Assembly: GCF_006345805.1 (NCBI RefSeq)
Contig: NC_043004.1
Coordinates: 31,062,001-31,126,000, forward strand
DNA length: 64,000 nucleotides
Direction: 5' to 3'
Source of the DNA: Octopus sinensis
Lineage: Eukaryota
A model generated the notes under the pieces. That model searched no databases. It had not been told where the DNA came from and was given only the letters and a program-made list of their open reading frames with translations. Shown here in pieces: positions 63,447 through 64,000 of the stretch; the stretch's first letter is position 1, and each line of letters begins with the position of its first letter. Both the position numbers and the translations under genes were made by a program.

Positions 63447-64000
63447 GCTCCTTTTAGCTTCAATTTTCCTAATGCACTCATAAAGCTTGGGTCAACATGG
63501 GGCTATAGCTGAAGACACTTGCCTAAACCATATGGTTGTAAAGCAAACCGCTAATCCATGCTTGTGCCTATAATGATAAATATTTCTATGTGTTGCACAT
63601 AAACACCCATACTCTTTCTTTTTAATATACATCTTTACAAAAAAAACAATCAAACATAAATTGAAGAATCATTCAATGTTTTTCTACTATACACACACAT
63701 ACATACAATTGAGGTTGAGTGTTATTTCCATGTGCTCTCACTAACACCACTAGAAGCAAAACTGTTGTATAGTTAATGTTTTCTAGCAATCATCACTCAG
63801 CTACCTTATCAGCCTTTATGTGTGAGGATGTGTTTGAATGGGAATAACTTTGTTGAAAAGAGGGTTGGTGCAAAGAAGATCACCTCGCAGTAGAAAATCA
63901 TACTACAAGTTTTGTGTAACCCATGCCAGCATGCACACACACACACACACACAGATACAGTAAAATCTGTGGTCAGACTATATATACATATAAATGATGA

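Overview
AT-rich, microsatellite-dense eukaryotic DNA. The SINE families and 5S sequence suggest a cephalopod, probably Octopus (inference). One host gene is recognisable: the 3' part of a TSC22-domain (bunched/TSC22D) gene on the minus strand, with a 46-nt exon at 49330-49375, a terminal coding exon at 43245-43439 and a probable 3' UTR of about 2 kb. Its first exon was not found in the window. Bases 1-41000 are mostly transposon debris: tRNA-derived SINEs, RTE LINE ends, Tc1/mariner elements, a non-autonomous Helitron, palindromic MITEs, a Penelope-like (GIY-YIG) fragment, a 5S rRNA copy and a tRNA-Thr pseudogene. The most notable observations are: (i) several minimal type I hammerhead ribozyme motifs, one downstream of the Penelope ORF; (ii) a 5S rRNA head fused to a SINE/LINE-type 3' tail (SINE3-like chimera); (iii) a small two-LTR non-coding retroelement with TG...AA ends and structured 59-bp repeats nested inside a reconstructable mariner; (iv) a CRE-clade retrotransposon remnant; and (v) a mariner derivative with two 5' ends. 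Most ORFs in the supplied track are microsatellite or SINE artefacts. All family assignments are from recalled motifs, not database searches.
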